A stretch of 64,000 nucleotides of DNA from Octopus vulgaris (GCA_951406725.2 OX597823.1:5270001-5334000), one strand, 5' to 3'; counted from the first letter of the stretch, positions 24,601-38,315 are shown. Translations and numbers: made by a program. Notes: generated from the sequence alone by a model not told the origin.

Positions 24601-27411
24601 AAGAAATGTCTCGCTTTGTAAAACGTTTAACATAGTTTTAATTTATTTACCTTGGGTTGTATGTCATACTGATGATTTCTAATAAGAATGAAATGATGTG
24701 ACAGAAGTTTTAAGATCTTTGTAATGAATAAGCCCCTTCCCCCCAAAAAAACAACTGAATATGTATTTTCTATGCATGTGTATATTCCTCCTTGTTCTTT
24801 GATTTGAAATTCTAACTTCTGTTCCTGCCAAAATTTATCTAGAAATGATCATCTCCTTTCTACTATAATATATGGGACCACATAATGGTGCTGGTTCCAT
24901 ATAAAATGCACCCAGTACACTCTACAAAGTGGTTGGCATTAGAAACAGTATCCAGCCTTAGCAACCAAGCCGAAACAGATGACTGGAGCCTAGTGCAGTT
25001 CTTTGACTTGCCAACTCCAGCCAAGCCACCCATGCCAGCATGGAAAATGGTCATCAAATCATGATGTCTGTCTATGTCTCTATCTATATTTATATATATA
25101 ATAATAAATATATAATATTTATAAAATAATATTATAAATAAATGTAAATAATCTCGTTAGTCCTCAACACTTTGATAACCCTAATAATCTTTACCCATTT
25201 TATTTAAATTAACATTTTCCTCTTCTCAATCCGCTTCCAGTTTTGATCAATCAATATCTGCAAATACAGGAATGCTTTATTTATTTGTTCTCTGACAATA
25301 TTCCTTGTTTTCTACTTTTTAACCCTTTTAAGCCCTTTTCCCCACAATTCATTTCGAAAATAATGAGGAATTTAGTAAAATAACTATTGGTATTAAGCTG
25401 GTGTTTGGAGCAGAAACAAACAAGGAAAAACTTCGTTTCGATTAGTTTTGAAATGAGTGACCTCTGGTGGGTTGGTACCAAAAAAACTAAGGCAATTATT
25501 AGTCTACCTGTTGCTTTGATGAAAACTATTTTTTTACCTTGGTAGCATTATAAATATATACTGCTGTTTCTTTAATCTAAATCTGACACATTTTTCACCT
25601 GTAAATTAATGATATATATTCTCAAAGAATGCCATTACTATATCAGTCTCGAATTTTCTTTATGGAAGTCTTGTTTTATTCATGTTTTCTCATTTAATTC
25701 ATATCATTATTATATATTATGTTTCATGCCATTTCATTTATATTTTGATAGAAATTATTGTCATTATACTGTTCATGTTCTGATTTCAAATCTCACTGAA
25801 GTTGACAACACCTTTCCTCTTTCGGGGTTGATAAAAGGCAACACTAGTTGAGCACTGGGGTCAGTGTAAACAATTTCTTCCCTCCACTCAAAATTGCTGG
25901 TCTTGTGCTGAAATTTGAAACCATTTTCATTTAGGTGGTGAACTGACCCATTAGAACCCGTTGGAACTCATTAGAATGTCAGACAAAATGCTTAGCAATA
26001 TTTCTTCCCACTCATTACATTCTGAGTTCAAATTCTGCCAACGCCAACTTAACCTTCATCCTTTTGTGGTTGATAAAAGAAAATACCAGTCAAGTAATGA
26101 GGTCAATGTAATTGACTAAGTCCCCCCCTCCAAAATTGCTGGCTTTGTGCTGCCAAAACTTTGAAACCATTATTATTATTTGCTCAAAAATATATACCAA
26201 TTATCACTTTTAACAATGGTTTTCTATTTCCAGATTGCATCATATCCTGTGATAAAGATGGCTATATTCAGCAAAAGTAGTATTTCAGAGATGATGTGAA
26301 AGCAGTCTCCTCATATTCTAACAAACAATTGTTATTAGTAGAGAAAGAACTCTGCTGCCATACAATCCAACCATTCTTTATACAGGTTTTAGAAATGTCA
26401 ATTTAAACTCAACTCCTCTATCATGCTCCATTCACTCAGGAAGACTCATCTAATTGTCTTTATATTCTTTGTAACAGAATTATTCTCTTCATTTAGAATT
26501 TTTAAAATTTTCTTCTTTTTTTTTTGTAAAGGAAACAAACCATTGTTGTCTTTTGGTTTGATTCCAATACAATTGCTTATCAAAATACGTAGATTTTTCT
26601 TCTTTACAAATCATATCCTACTCTCTGATTTATCTTTCCTGAGCCATTGCTCTCTCTCTCTCTCTCTCTCTCGATCACAGCTCTACTCTTATTCATCATT
26701 CACTACAGCTCCCTTCTTTCGCACCCTTATAAATTACTCCCCCCCCACACACACTGTCCATCCTCTCTTTTGTACCTTCAGAATTTGCCCTGGCATCTAG
26801 ACACCACCGTCTTTATATTATTCCCAACTACTCTCACCCACCCTTGTATGATGCAGAGTAGCCTTGTATTTCCTCTATAGCAAGAGCCCTGTGCTTGTCC
26901 TGTCATACTTTTAGCTTCTCAACATCTGGCATAAGGCCACCTCCCGTTCTCTCAAATTCACCATCCCCCCATTACTTGAGGGACTTTTCGCTTTCCATAT
27001 CTTGTCATGCAAGTTACTCTGCATCCTAGCTACGACCAGCACGCAAAGAGCATCCAGCTATAGAAACCCAGGCTCATAGCCGACATTTGACTTTGATCAA
27101 ACTGTCCAACTCATGCCAGCATGAAAAGTGGACATTAAATGCTAGTTGAGGCAACATTCTTAATATTATAACCTTTGTTAGGCTCCTTTTGCTTTGACCA
27201 AATTAAAATTATTATTATTCTGGCAGAATTGTTAGCTTGCCAAACAAAATGCCTGCTGAATCATAGAATCCCATACTAATAATATAAAAATGATAAAGTC
27301 TAAAGTTTTATCAGTTTTAATAATAATCCTGGTGTAAGATCAATTGTATTCCTCCTGGTTACTAAAATTATAGCTTTGTTCAACTAGAACTATTTCTAAT
27401 GAAAATAAACA

Positions 27412-27790
27412 GCTATGGCTGTGTGGTTGCTTCCCAAGCACATGGTTTCTGGTTCAGTCCCACTGTGTAGCACCTCGAGCAAGTGTCTTCTATTATATTC
27501 CTGGGCTGAGCAAAGCCTTTGGAGTGGATTTGGCAGACAGAAACTGAAAGAAGCCTGTCATACATACATCATGTGTGTGTGTGTATGCGCGTCAGTTTCT
27601 TCTTGTTTTGAAATGGTGTGATTGTTGTAAATGAATGTTGTTGACTTTCAATCTTCTGTGAAAACTTGTGCAGCCATAGGGAACTATTACTTTTCTTGGA
27701 AACAGGTGAGGGTTGGAAGAGTATCCACCTGTTAAAAACTGTCTGGCACAAGCAAGCATGGAAATTTAGATGTTAAGTTAATGATGATGA
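27412..27790 (+). repeat. CORE-type tRNA SINE (representative copy) with RTE-like tail
   Basis: tggctgtgtggtt...ggttcagtccc head and gcaagtgtctt CORE-like block, then (TG)n and gcaagcatggaaa...(TGA)n tail. Other copies at ~16735, 30780, 34670, 35980 and 54860 (+), and ~690-1070, 6820-7200, 8020-8600 and 58190-58760 (-). Confidence 0.7.
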
Positions 27791-28637
27791 TATTTAAAAA
27801 TGAAATACAAAAGAATTCTAGTAATTAATAGCAAACTAAATGACAACAAAGTTTTAGGTGTTTCTTTTGTAATCTAACAAACCATTTCTGAATTGTATTC
27901 CACAGGGATAATTCCATTTTTGGTTATTATTTTGTTTCAGAAACCACTCTTTGATATGCTGTATATCTAATCCCCAGGAGCTTATGTGTCTAATAGATGG
28001 GTTTTCATGTTTGATGTTCTAGGCTGAAAGGGATCCAGCTTAGTAGCTAAATTAGGTTCAATAATTTATATGCCTTATTTTATATTATTTAAATAATTCT
28101 CTAGCTTTTTTTAAAATAATGTTTAACTCCCTTGTGATAAGTTCATATTTTTCTTTGTTTATTGTATATGTACATGTGTATATATACATAGGTATATGTT
28201 TGTGTGTGTATGGTTTATATATATATATATATATTTACATACATACAAATATATGTTTATGTGTTTTGTGATGTCATCAAATGGTGTAAGGGTGGTTCTA
28301 TAGACCACAACCTTCGAAAGGCAGGATCCTTCCAATGGACAGTTACTAGGATGTCTGAGGATATTGGTTGGAATGTAGAATGAAGACGCATGCATGTGTG
28401 CTTGCTTCGTTTGTAGCATGCAATATTGAAAGCAATATTGTCTTTGCATGATTAGCTTACTCTGACATTATGAGAATTTAAGATTTTATGACATGTCACA
28501 AATTCTTAACCATATAAGTGCAAATATCTAGATTGCAAAGAGGGTTAAACCAGATTGCCTTTCTCTTTCTAACTATCTTCAGGTTTGGTTATTGGAAATC
28601 CTTCACATACACCAATCAGTAAAGCCACATTTATGTA

Positions 28638-28855
28638 CGAGGGCATGCTGAGAAGTCCCTGGCTTTAGATAAAAGAAAATACAGGAGGGGCAGTTTATTA
28701 AGATTTTATGTAACATATTCCCCTCTCAGATTCACACAATTACTGCAACAGTCCTTCAGTTTCTTCTAAGCCTTGTAAAAAAAGTTGGAAGGTTGGGCTG
28801 TCAACCAGGCCTTTCATGATACCCTTAAAGCCAGGAACTTTTCAGCACCCTCTTG
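28638..28855. mobile_element. Mariner-type MITE (~218 bp)
   Basis: Approximately 30-bp TIRs: cgagggcatgctgagaagtccctggcttta versus the right-end reverse complement caagagggtgctgaaaagttcctggcttta. TA at the left end. Confidence 0.75.
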
Positions 28856-28989
28856 TGTGTGTGTATATATATGTATAGAGAGAGAGGAGGATGAGAAAAA
28901 GAAAGATCTTGCACAACTTGCCACTGTTAAGGTAACTTGGGTTGTGGTGGGGCCTGACCTACCTCCCCTCCAACTGAGGCAGAGAATTT

Positions 28990-29900
28990 TGTGTTATAGT
29001 GCAGGGCACTTACAATAGCCCAGCATATGAACACCTAAACAACAGTGACACTTATACTAAAGTCACTGGAGTAACTGCAACCCTACTGAATGGCCTCATC
29101 AATAATATCTGCTGCTGGTGTAAACTTCCAGGAAGGGTTAAGAGGAACTTCATTGTGCATAGCAGCAGAATACTTCCCCTCCTATTTCCTGATAGACTTA
29201 ATCTCCAAATCAGACCTATAGCCCCTGCTTTAGAATGGCCCTTTTATAAAACCTCATGGGTCTTAGCAGTTCAGATGAACTTCATCCAGTGGCTACAATG
29301 ATTCAAATCCATTACCCTTAGATGTAACCGGCATGTCATCAGCCGGGACGTGGTCTCACTCTACACTTTAGTGCCTGCACTCCCCTTTGTTAACTTGACA
29401 ACAGAAAGCATCACTTCTGATGCACCAGCTATTGTCACCAACATGACCATTGACTTCATCAGCAATACATACAATGTTCCAGCCCAGGTGGTCCAGTCTG
29501 TTAGGTCTGCTGGCCATTATTTACTTGGAGCAGTTGAGGTACAGAGCACGCAGTACCTACTGCCCATACTGTTTTTTCACCAGGTCCATGGATGATATCC
29601 TCATACTCATCTTCTTGAGAGGAGTCCATCACAATACTGAAAGCCTTCAACAGTCTAAAGCAGCACATCATCAAGTTCACAATCGAACACCCTGACAACA
29701 TGAATCGCTGTCTCTGCTTGGCTCTTGATTAAGCATTAGAGACAAGGAAAAAAAGTCAGCACGGTATTCTACCAGAAAGCAACAAGCCAAGACCTTTCCA
29801 TTCACTTCAAGCCAGCTCTTCCCATCAGTGCCCAAACTGGCTGTGTATGGAGTGAGATCATCTGTATCCACTGCAGATGCAGTGACACCACTAGCCAAGT
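28990..29900 (+). mobile_element. Degenerate Penelope-like element (RT fragment)
   Basis: Remnants LNNSDTYTK, IRPI, VSLYT.VP, RSMDDILIL, IKFTIE and FYQKAT...IHF are typical of PLE reverse transcriptases; many frameshifts. Confidence 0.7.
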
Positions 29901-30427
29901 TAGCCTGAACCCATCCAGTTCCCCTGGGAAGGAATTAGTGTGTACCCAGCATCTATTAACACTCTCCATAAATACAAGCCAAATGAAGCAGGAGGAATTT
30001 CTCTGGCACCTGTTTCCTGAGGATACCTCATTTAAATTTAACTGACCATTTATATTGATGGCTGGACTTTGGTCAGTCCCATTACAGACAATAAGTGGTT
30101 GGTCTTTATAATATATCAGCAAGTATATTAATGTAATTAATTTATGGGTATGTTATTTGGATAAATATTAATTAGTACTATTTATGAAATCTTAAGTACT
30201 ATTCTTTTCTAGACCAGTTGGCATATCCTGTTATAATAAAGTGCTTATTTTTTTATTATTTATACACCCTGTTACCCCTAAAGAAAGATTAACCCACCTG
30301 CTAATTTTCTAGTTTAGTCATTTACTCAATGGTCTGAAGCATTACACTGCAAAATGGTATGATTCAAATATATTAAGCCTTCTTTCTTCCTCTTGAGGCC
30401 CTTTTCTTTTCTTTCTATGTATTTTTC

Positions 30428-30550
30428 TTCACTCTGATGAAGCTCCATGTACCAGATCGGATGTGTTATAGAATATGATGAATATTATTCTCAGAATTTT
30501 CTTTGGCAGCGCTAAGGGACATTGGAAGCAGAAACGGCTGTTAGATGGGA
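30428..30550 (+). ncRNA. Hammerhead-ribozyme-like motif downstream of the Penelope fragment
   Basis: CTGATGA (30434), stem II with a large loop, GAAA-C-GGCT-G-T-T, and an imperfect stem I. Confidence 0.45.
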
Positions 30551-31844
30551 TAAAGTTTTGTATTAAAAAATTAATAATCAATGGTAGTCAATTTGTTGCT
30601 TAATTTATATATATATATATACACACACACACATATATATTGAGAAGAGGTAAGGTTAAGAAGATAGAAACATAAATTTGAGTGTTTTTATGGTGTGTTG
30701 ATGAAGAAGAAAAAATAATTTGCATAATGTATTTCATTGTTGTATCAGTCTAACTGCATGGCACCTAGAGCGAGTCCTGACCACAACGTGGTGAGTGGAT
30801 TTGGTAGAAGGAAAGTGAAAGAAGCCCATCACAGGTGTTTGTATATATAAGTAATGTGTGCGTGTCCTTGTCCTGACATCACACGAGTTCTAAATGAGTG
30901 TCACTCTCATACAAGCAATGTTTCATGAAAGCATGTCTGGCCAGGGGGGAAATATTTCCTTGGGGTTTGGCAACAGGAGGGACATCTGGCTATAGAAAAT
31001 CTGCCTCATCGAATTCTTTGTCATCCATGCAAGCATGGAAAAGAGAACCTTAAGATAATGATGATGCTGACAAGGATGGTGTTGTTGCTGAGTAGAAGAG
31101 ACAAGTCTTGAGTCTGCTAAAAAAAAAGCTGATGGGAGAAATTATAGGAACATTTAGTTGAATTCTTTATTGGACGTCTTTTAAATTTAGAATTATTGGG
31201 AAATGTTCCAATTTAATTCTCAAGTTTTTCTTTGTAATTTCATATGATTTTTCTACAAAACATTCACAGGCCATACAGTAATGCATCTATTGTTGGTTTT
31301 TTTTTCTTTCTTTTTTATCTTTCAATTTCACTACTTTTGATACCAACCTGCCTCAGATTGTCCATGCTTCCATGATAGAAAGATACCTTTTTCAATGAAA
31401 TCTAAATTTAAACCTTCCATCAAAATTTCATATCAATTCATGTTCCAAACACAATTCTAATAATGGCAGATTTATTTTACTAAATTCTTCGTTAACTTCA
31501 AAATTAATTGAAACAATAGGACTATGGTTAAGATTAAAATCATTTATAAAATTTTGTGCTAATTTTTGTTCCAAACAGGTGTTTAATAATGACAGTTATT
31601 TTACTAAATTCTTGAAGATTAATTTCAACAAAGACGGTGTATTTCAACAGAAATATGGTAGCAAAAAAGGTTGAATTACTCCTATTTTACTGTTTGAATT
31701 CCATGAATTATATTGCAGTATGTTACTGCTACATACTTGTAAATGAAAATAAAAGATTGTTACACTTGTACTAAATGTCCCCTCACATACCCCAAATTCT
31801 TTTCATTTTATGTATTGTTTTCTTCTTCTTTTGCTTCTTTCCAG

Positions 31845-31987
31845 ATGGCCCATTTTGTTTCTGTTCCAATGCCAATAACAACACGTACTGGTGTATTCGT
31901 ACAGTTAATGAGACTCACAACTTCCTCTACTGTGAATTCATCACTGGCTTTATCAGTTATTATAACATGCTGGAAGACCCATATCAG
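31845..31987 (+). CDS. Sulf1: Extracellular sulfatase (Sulf1/2-like) exon, conserved C-terminal region
   Basis: Long polypyrimidine tract plus CAG; donor CAG|GTAAAC. Translates (Y)[47 protein letters not shown], a close match to vertebrate Sulf NNNTYWC.RT.NETHNFLFCEF.TGF.EYFD...DPYQ. Confidence 0.96.
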
Positions 31988-32477
31988 GTAAACCCATTAA
32001 CTTTTCTTTTTTTTTGTTTCATGCCAGACTTGATTTGGTTATGAAATAAGAAATGTCATCTCTGTATAAGAATAATTGCCGATATATTGGTTGGTTGCTA
32101 TAGAGAGAGGTGGAAAGAGTTAAGATAAGAGGTGCAAAATGAGTGCACCTATTAGGCTTGGTGGCAGGCAGTGGGTTAATGAAGGCTGTGCACCCAGTGA
32201 GATTAAAATTCATTTAGATGGGAGGAGGAATAGAGGGAATAAATGACACGGTATTTTGGGGAAGGGCTATATAAATGAGAAATTTGTTTATTAAAGTTTT
32301 ATTTTAAGGTAATAAATATATTTTTCTTTTGTTTATGTGTGCATAACAGAGACAAAGATACTGTTTATCAAAACAATGACTTTTAGATACAAAAATGAAC
32401 ATTATTAACCATCACTTATCACATTAATATCATTGTGCATGTGTATATGTCTGTATGTATATATATATATATATATA

Positions 32478-32985
32478 TCATCATCATCATCATCGTTTAG
32501 CGTCTGCTTTCCATGCTAGCATGGGTTGGACGGTTCAACTGGGGTCTGGGAAGCCAGAAGGCTGCACCAGGCCCAGTTTGATCTGGCAATGTTTCTACGG
32601 CTGGATGCCCTTCCTAACGCCAACCACTCCATGAGTGTAGTGGGTGCTTTTTACGTGCCACCGGCACGAGGCCAGTCGGGGCGGCGCTGGCAACGGCCAC
32701 GTTCGGATGGTTCTCTTACGTGCCACCGGCACTGGTAACTCAGCTACAATTTCCATTGATCGATTTCGATTCTGATTCTCACTTGCCTCAACAGGTCTTC
32801 ACAAGTAGAGTTTTGTGTCCCAGGAAGGGAAGGTATGCATAAGTGGGCTGGCTACATCCCATGTAGAAGGCCCCGGGTTATGGTCTCACTTGTCCTGCCA
32901 GGTCTTCTCACGCACAGCATACTTCCAGAGGTCTCGGTCTCTAGTCATTTCCTCAGTGAGACCCAAAGTTCGAAGGTCGTGCTTC
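32478..32985 (-). mobile_element. 5'-truncated copy of the same RTE LINE (ORF end, 3'UTR and tail)
   Basis: Reverse complement aligns by eye to ~15442-16151; (TCA)n tail on the + strand. Confidence 0.92.
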
Positions 32986-33345
32986 GTGCAATGGCCCAGT
33001 GGTTAGGGTATCAGACTTGAGGTCGTAGGATTGCAATAAACACTCACAACGCCCAGACAGGGTGTTGTGAGTGTTTATTGAGTAAAAACATTTAAAGCTC
33101 CATGAGGCTCAGGCAGGGAGTGGTGGTGAACCCTGCTGTACTCTTTCACCACAACTTTCTCTCACTCCTTCTTCCTGTTTCTGTTGTACCTCTATTTCAA
33201 AGGGGCCAGCCTTGTCACACTCTGAATGTCCTCCAGAATTACGTTAAGGGTACACATGCTCAGCCACTTGCATGTTAATTTCATGAGCAGGCTGTTCCAT
33301 TGATTGGATTGACTGGAACCCTCACTGTTGTAACTAATGGAGTGC
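32986..33345 (+). repeat. tRNA-derived SINE (third family) with overwritten B box
   Basis: tggcccagtggttaggg A box. The body (ccactt..atgttaatttca..agcaggctgttcc) is shared with ~3270-3360 and ~18680-18830. Confidence 0.65.
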
Positions 33346-33784
33346 CATAGTATATTTATATATATATGTATGTATATACACACACGCACACACATCAAAA
33401 GTGTATAGTGAGCCATAGGCTGATTTCCCAGATACTGTGGTGTATAAATTCCCCCACCACCAGTCCATTGTAGGATTACTCATTTTTGCAAAATCCTGAC
33501 CACTAAACTATGTACCCCATATATATCTATATATATACACACACACAAAGAGAAATGCCTTGTTTATGCACTGTGTTTAAAAAACAATGTCACCATGCAT
33601 GTAGTGTCATAGTTTACAACCAACCTAAAACCATTTAGTTAGTTGTTCAACAGACCAAGGGTAGCAGTGCCTTAATTCTCTTACTCAGAAACAATTAAGG
33701 ATTGGCAGCAGGAAGGGTATCCAGCTTCAGTGAGCCTTGTTCAACCTATGCTAGTGTGCGAAAAGCAGATTGAAAAACTAGGGT

Positions 33785-33890
33785 GGTGATGATAGCGATG
33801 ACTATAATGACAACAAAGATGATGATGATGATGGCTATGACAACACAAATGATGGTTATGATGACAATGATGATAGGAACAACAACTATG
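33785..33890. repeat. Degenerate (ATG/ACA)n low-complexity tail
   Basis: Expanded and diverged (TGA)n tail of an RTE-tailed SINE. Confidence 0.75.
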
Positions 33891-34062
33891 ATTAGATACA
33901 GATTTGAGTTCCTACAAAAATTCATGATTGAAAAAATTTTCATCCTCAACACAGCCAACATTATATTACAAGGACAGTTTTGTGTATTTGATAGAGTTTT
34001 GAAAACTTGTGTTACATATTCCATGTGGAAGCAATGTTTAATTCGGTTGATTTTGATTCCAG

Positions 34063-34180
34063 TTGAAGAACAGCATTCATGAAATAAATTATGGTGTGCT
34101 GCAACAGCTCCATGCCAATTTAGAAAAACTCAGAAAATGTAAAGGTGCTAAGGAATGCAGTTACGATTACCTCGATGAAA
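34063..34180 (+). CDS. Sulf1: Extracellular sulfatase (Sulf1/2-like) exon
   Basis: ttttgattccAG acceptor (phase 0) and A|GTAAGT donor (phase 1). LKNSIHEINYGVLQQLHANLEKLRKCKGAKECS matches Sulf L.NAV......LNQLH.QLMELRSC.G.KQC. Confidence 0.93.
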
Positions 34181-35645
34181 GTAAGTACAACTTAGTTATC
34201 ACTGTAGTTTTGGTTTTTTGTTTTTTTACATTTTATTTTTGTTAAAAATGTTAAAAGAAAAGTTTCATTTTATATCTTCCATTGAATGGAAAATGAATTT
34301 TTCAGTTTTTAAACGACTTTTATGTATTCTGACACCAGAAAAATTCTGTAATGTCAATGAACTGCATCCAATAACAGAAACCCTGTCAAAGCAGATATTG
34401 GAACTCAACACAGTTCTCCAGCTCATCAAATTCTGTCAAAGCCATCTGCACCATGCTAGCATGGAAGATGAATGTTGATCCCTGTTCTATTATTATTATT
34501 ATTTAAATTCCAGTGTATCACTTCCTATATTTAACTCCATCAAGTGTACATCTCCCGGCTGCAGGTTCAGTTTTTACTACTTACAACTCATAAGCAAAAT
34601 CAGTAAATATCAGTTCAGTTGGTTTTGAGTCTTTCAACATAGAATGTTGTGTCAAATTTAAAGCCATTTCCAACCACATGATTTCAGGTTCAGTCCCACT
34701 GCACACTACCTTGGGCAAATGTTTTCTATTATAGTCTCAGGTCAACCAAAGCCTTGTGAATGGATTTGGTAAACAGAAACTGAATTCGGCTGAGTGTGTA
34801 GTGTGTGTACTCTTGTCTTGGCTTTGCATGATAGTTGAAAACAAGTGTCATTCATTTCCAATATTCTGTGAAAACATTTCTGGCCATATGGAAATATTAC
34901 CTTGCTTTGAAATAGGAGAGGTTTGGCAACAAGAAGGGCATCAGGTTGTCAAAAATCTGCCTCAGTGTGCATTTAAAAGTGAATGCTAAGATGATGATGA
35001 TGATAATGTGTGTCTGCCTGTCTTGACACGACACATTTAAGTGATTGTCATAGAAGTAGTGTCTTATGTTTCCAGTCTTTCATGGAAAGATGTCTGGCCA
35101 CAGGAGAATATTACCTTGCTTGACAACAGGTTAGGGTTGGTGACTGGAAGTGCATGTTAAAATGATGATGTCATGTGTGTAGACATGATGTGATGGCTGT
35201 CAACAAGTGACACCATCATACAAGCCATGTGTTTCCAGTCTTCCACAGAAACCTGTCTGGTCATGAAGAAATATAACCTTGTTCCAGAACAAGTGACGGT
35301 TCCTCATGTGACAGTAAAGACATCCAGCCATGGAAAGGCTGTATCAGGGAATTCTGTCCAACCCGTGCAAGCATGGAAAAGTGAGCTTCAAACAGTGAAG
35401 ATGGTGGAACAAACTGAATTGACAAACGAAATAGATGTTAATATATTTTAACTTCTCAAACCTTCCCTTAAATATGGATCTTTAATTACAAAGGAGTTTT
35501 TCTGGACTTGGAAAGATTAAAATGGATGATAGATAGTTTTCATTTCTAACATATATTTGTGTGTGTGTGTATGAGTATATATTAATCATCTATATATTTT
35601 TCATACTAACATATATTTCTATCTCTTTTTTCTTCATTTTTTCAG

Positions 35646-35674
35646 AATGGCAGAATATTTTACCTTATATTTGA
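35646..35674 (+). CDS. Possible alternative short terminal exon of Sulf (KWQNILPYI*)
   Basis: Very strong polypyrimidine tract (tctctttttcttcattttttcAG) and phase-1 compatible; only 9 codons to TGA. Confidence 0.35.
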
Positions 35675-37689
35675 TAAACTCTATAAATATATTAATATTA
35701 ATTTGAATATATATTTATTCAATAATTTATTTTAAAAATTGGTGAGGATTTATTTAAAACTATTTGTTAGTCTATTTAGATTGTTGTCTGTCTTTGTCAT
35801 TGTTGACTCACGGTTATATCATGCTCACACGCTCTGGCAAAAATCTCCCACAAATCACTTGCTATGTTATTGGCACCAACAAAGCATTCAACTGCTTTTA
35901 GTACAGAGCCCCAACAGCATCACCTGCTTCTAGTTTTCTACTCCTCTTTCTATAGCTGATTGTGAAGTGAACTTCACAGCTATATGGTGTCAGGTTCAGT
36001 CCCACTACATGGATCCTTGGGCTTGCCAAGGCTTTGTGAGTGAATTTGGTAGATGGATAGTGGAAAAAAATCTGTGTGCATGTGTGTGTGTGTATATATA
36101 TATACACACACACATACATAGGTAATTTATGTATCTCTATGTTTGTCTCCAGGTGTTGACATCATGTAACTATTGTAAATGAGTGTCACTGTCATACAAG
36201 CAGTGTCATTTGTTTCCAATCTTCTGTAAAAACACAATCGGCCTTGGGAGAATAGGATCTTATTTGGAAACAGATGAGGGTTGGTGAAATGTGTAGCATC
36301 TGGTCATAGAAAATATACCTCAATAAATTCTGTACAATCCATGCAAGTATGGAAAAGTGGATGTTAGAATGATGATGAGGATGATAGTCATGTTCAAACC
36401 TTGCTATGGCCACTAATTTTGTAACCCTGGACAAGGTTCAGTATTTTATTTTCTTCCAATCCAACAGCCTAACAATAACAGGTTCAACTTCAGATACGTG
36501 ATTGAGAGGGTTCTTTGAAACCCTCTATCAACTCAGGTCAATATAATTGTGTTGGTTGTTTCCCCACACACTTCCTTCTGTATACTAGTGACCATCACCA
36601 TTCGATATCTGTTTTAGTATGGTTTCTACAACTGGATGCCTTTCCTAATGCCAACCACTTTACAGTGTGTACTGGGTACCTTCTACATGACTCCCAGCTC
36701 TAGCAAGGTCACCAAGTAATTAGCAAAGCGAGGCCCCTAACTCAATGGGGAAGTGGTATTGAGGCAGGTGATTCTGTGTCAGTGGGAAGAATAAGAGAGG
36801 GACGACAGACACAGGGGTCTTGGAGTAGAGGAGATACATTGCTTCCTCAGCTGAAAGAGAGAAAATGGTTGTGACAATGTTACAGGATGATGAATGACAC
36901 TTTAAGGTTAATTCTGTGGCCCCGTATTTCAGTACCGGTCACACATCATTATGGTACAGTTATGGCACACAAACATTTTGGAATGTATCTCCTCCCCACC
37001 ACTACCACCACCACTTCCACCAAAAATGCCACCTGAGTTTTAAACACGTAACAGTTAGCATCTCTTCTACCACTCTATCTGCTATTTTGAACTGTAAAAT
37101 TGTACACCTGCCTTGCTCATTTTTGCAATCCCATCTCCAGATCCCATACTGATCCTGCTGTTCTATCCTTGTTGAAAGATCTTTCTTCCCACCACCACCA
37201 CCACCACCATGCCTCTATATTTACCCCCCCCCCCCCCCTCATTTCAAAAATTAAACTGAACATTAGCTGTACAAACATGCTTATATATCTGAAAGCAGTT
37301 TGGGATGATCAGCAGAAATTATAGGGGATGCTTTTTGCTTTATTTAATAACAGAACAAAAGATACTGTGCACATTGGGAGTCATGCATAAACACTTAGTT
37401 CTGCTTCACAATCACATGAGGTGGGTTCAATTTCACTGTGCAGCAGCACCTTGACTAAATGTTTTCTACAATAGCCACAAATCAACCAAATAGTACATGA
37501 GGGGAAACTGAAGGAAGCTCAGTGTGTATGTGTAATATATACACACACATTCATCAATCAGGAGTCTTCCCTGTGTCTTGGGGCCAACTTGCCTTGACAT
37601 CCTAGTTCCTTCCCTGTTGTGCTGTATGTATATAACCAGCCAGACTCTTATTTCCACTCCATTCCATTGATGTCTTTGCCCAAGCTCTT

Positions 37690-38315
37690 ACTCTTCTTCA
37701 CACCTTCAGGATGGTCTTGGGCAATGACTCATGGTACATTTTATAGCCAAAATATGATCAGTTTGTGGACTTGATTCTCAATAATAAGTGTCTTTGAGCT
37801 TTAAGCTTTTCTAGCACTGCAGTATTTGTTATCCTGTCTTCCCAGCTTATCTTGCTTAATCTGTGAAAGATCCACATCTCAAAACTTTCCTTTCATTTCC
37901 CATCAATGTGTGCATTATCCAAGTTCCTGTCCAGTAGAGGAGAATTGGTATAATATAACAGTTTACTAGCCTCACTTTTAGATGCATGTTATCTTTCCAG
38001 GTGAAGATCCTTTTCATTCTTATAAATGTTGTTTTAGCCTTATTTATTCTTATTTCCTGATTTAGTATTTGTTCTAAATATTTGAAGTTTTTTCCACTTG
38101 CTCCAGCTTCTGCTCATCTACCTTTATATTTGCTTCTTTCTGTTCTGTCTTATTAATAACCTTTGTCATTTTTACATTCATATTTAGGATTTTCTTCTCA
38201 CAAAGCTCTTTCACATCAACAGTTTCTCTTAATTCTTCCTTGTTGCCTGCCAACACTGCTGTGTTATCAGCATGTCTAATATTGTTTATGTTCAAGCCAT
38301 TGGCTGGGACTCCTA
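37690..38315 (-). mobile_element. Degenerate RTE/BovB-like LINE RT fragment (different family)
   Basis: GLNINNIRHADNTAVLA...NMNVKMTKVI matches G..INNIRYADDT.L.A...GL..N..KTK. Confidence 0.7.

Noticed and set aside
26234-26290. Acceptor-like ttttctatttccAG in the large Sulf intron
   Set aside because: The flanking Sulf exons already join in frame with continuous homology (FWT-Y-GPFC), and there is no convincing donor.
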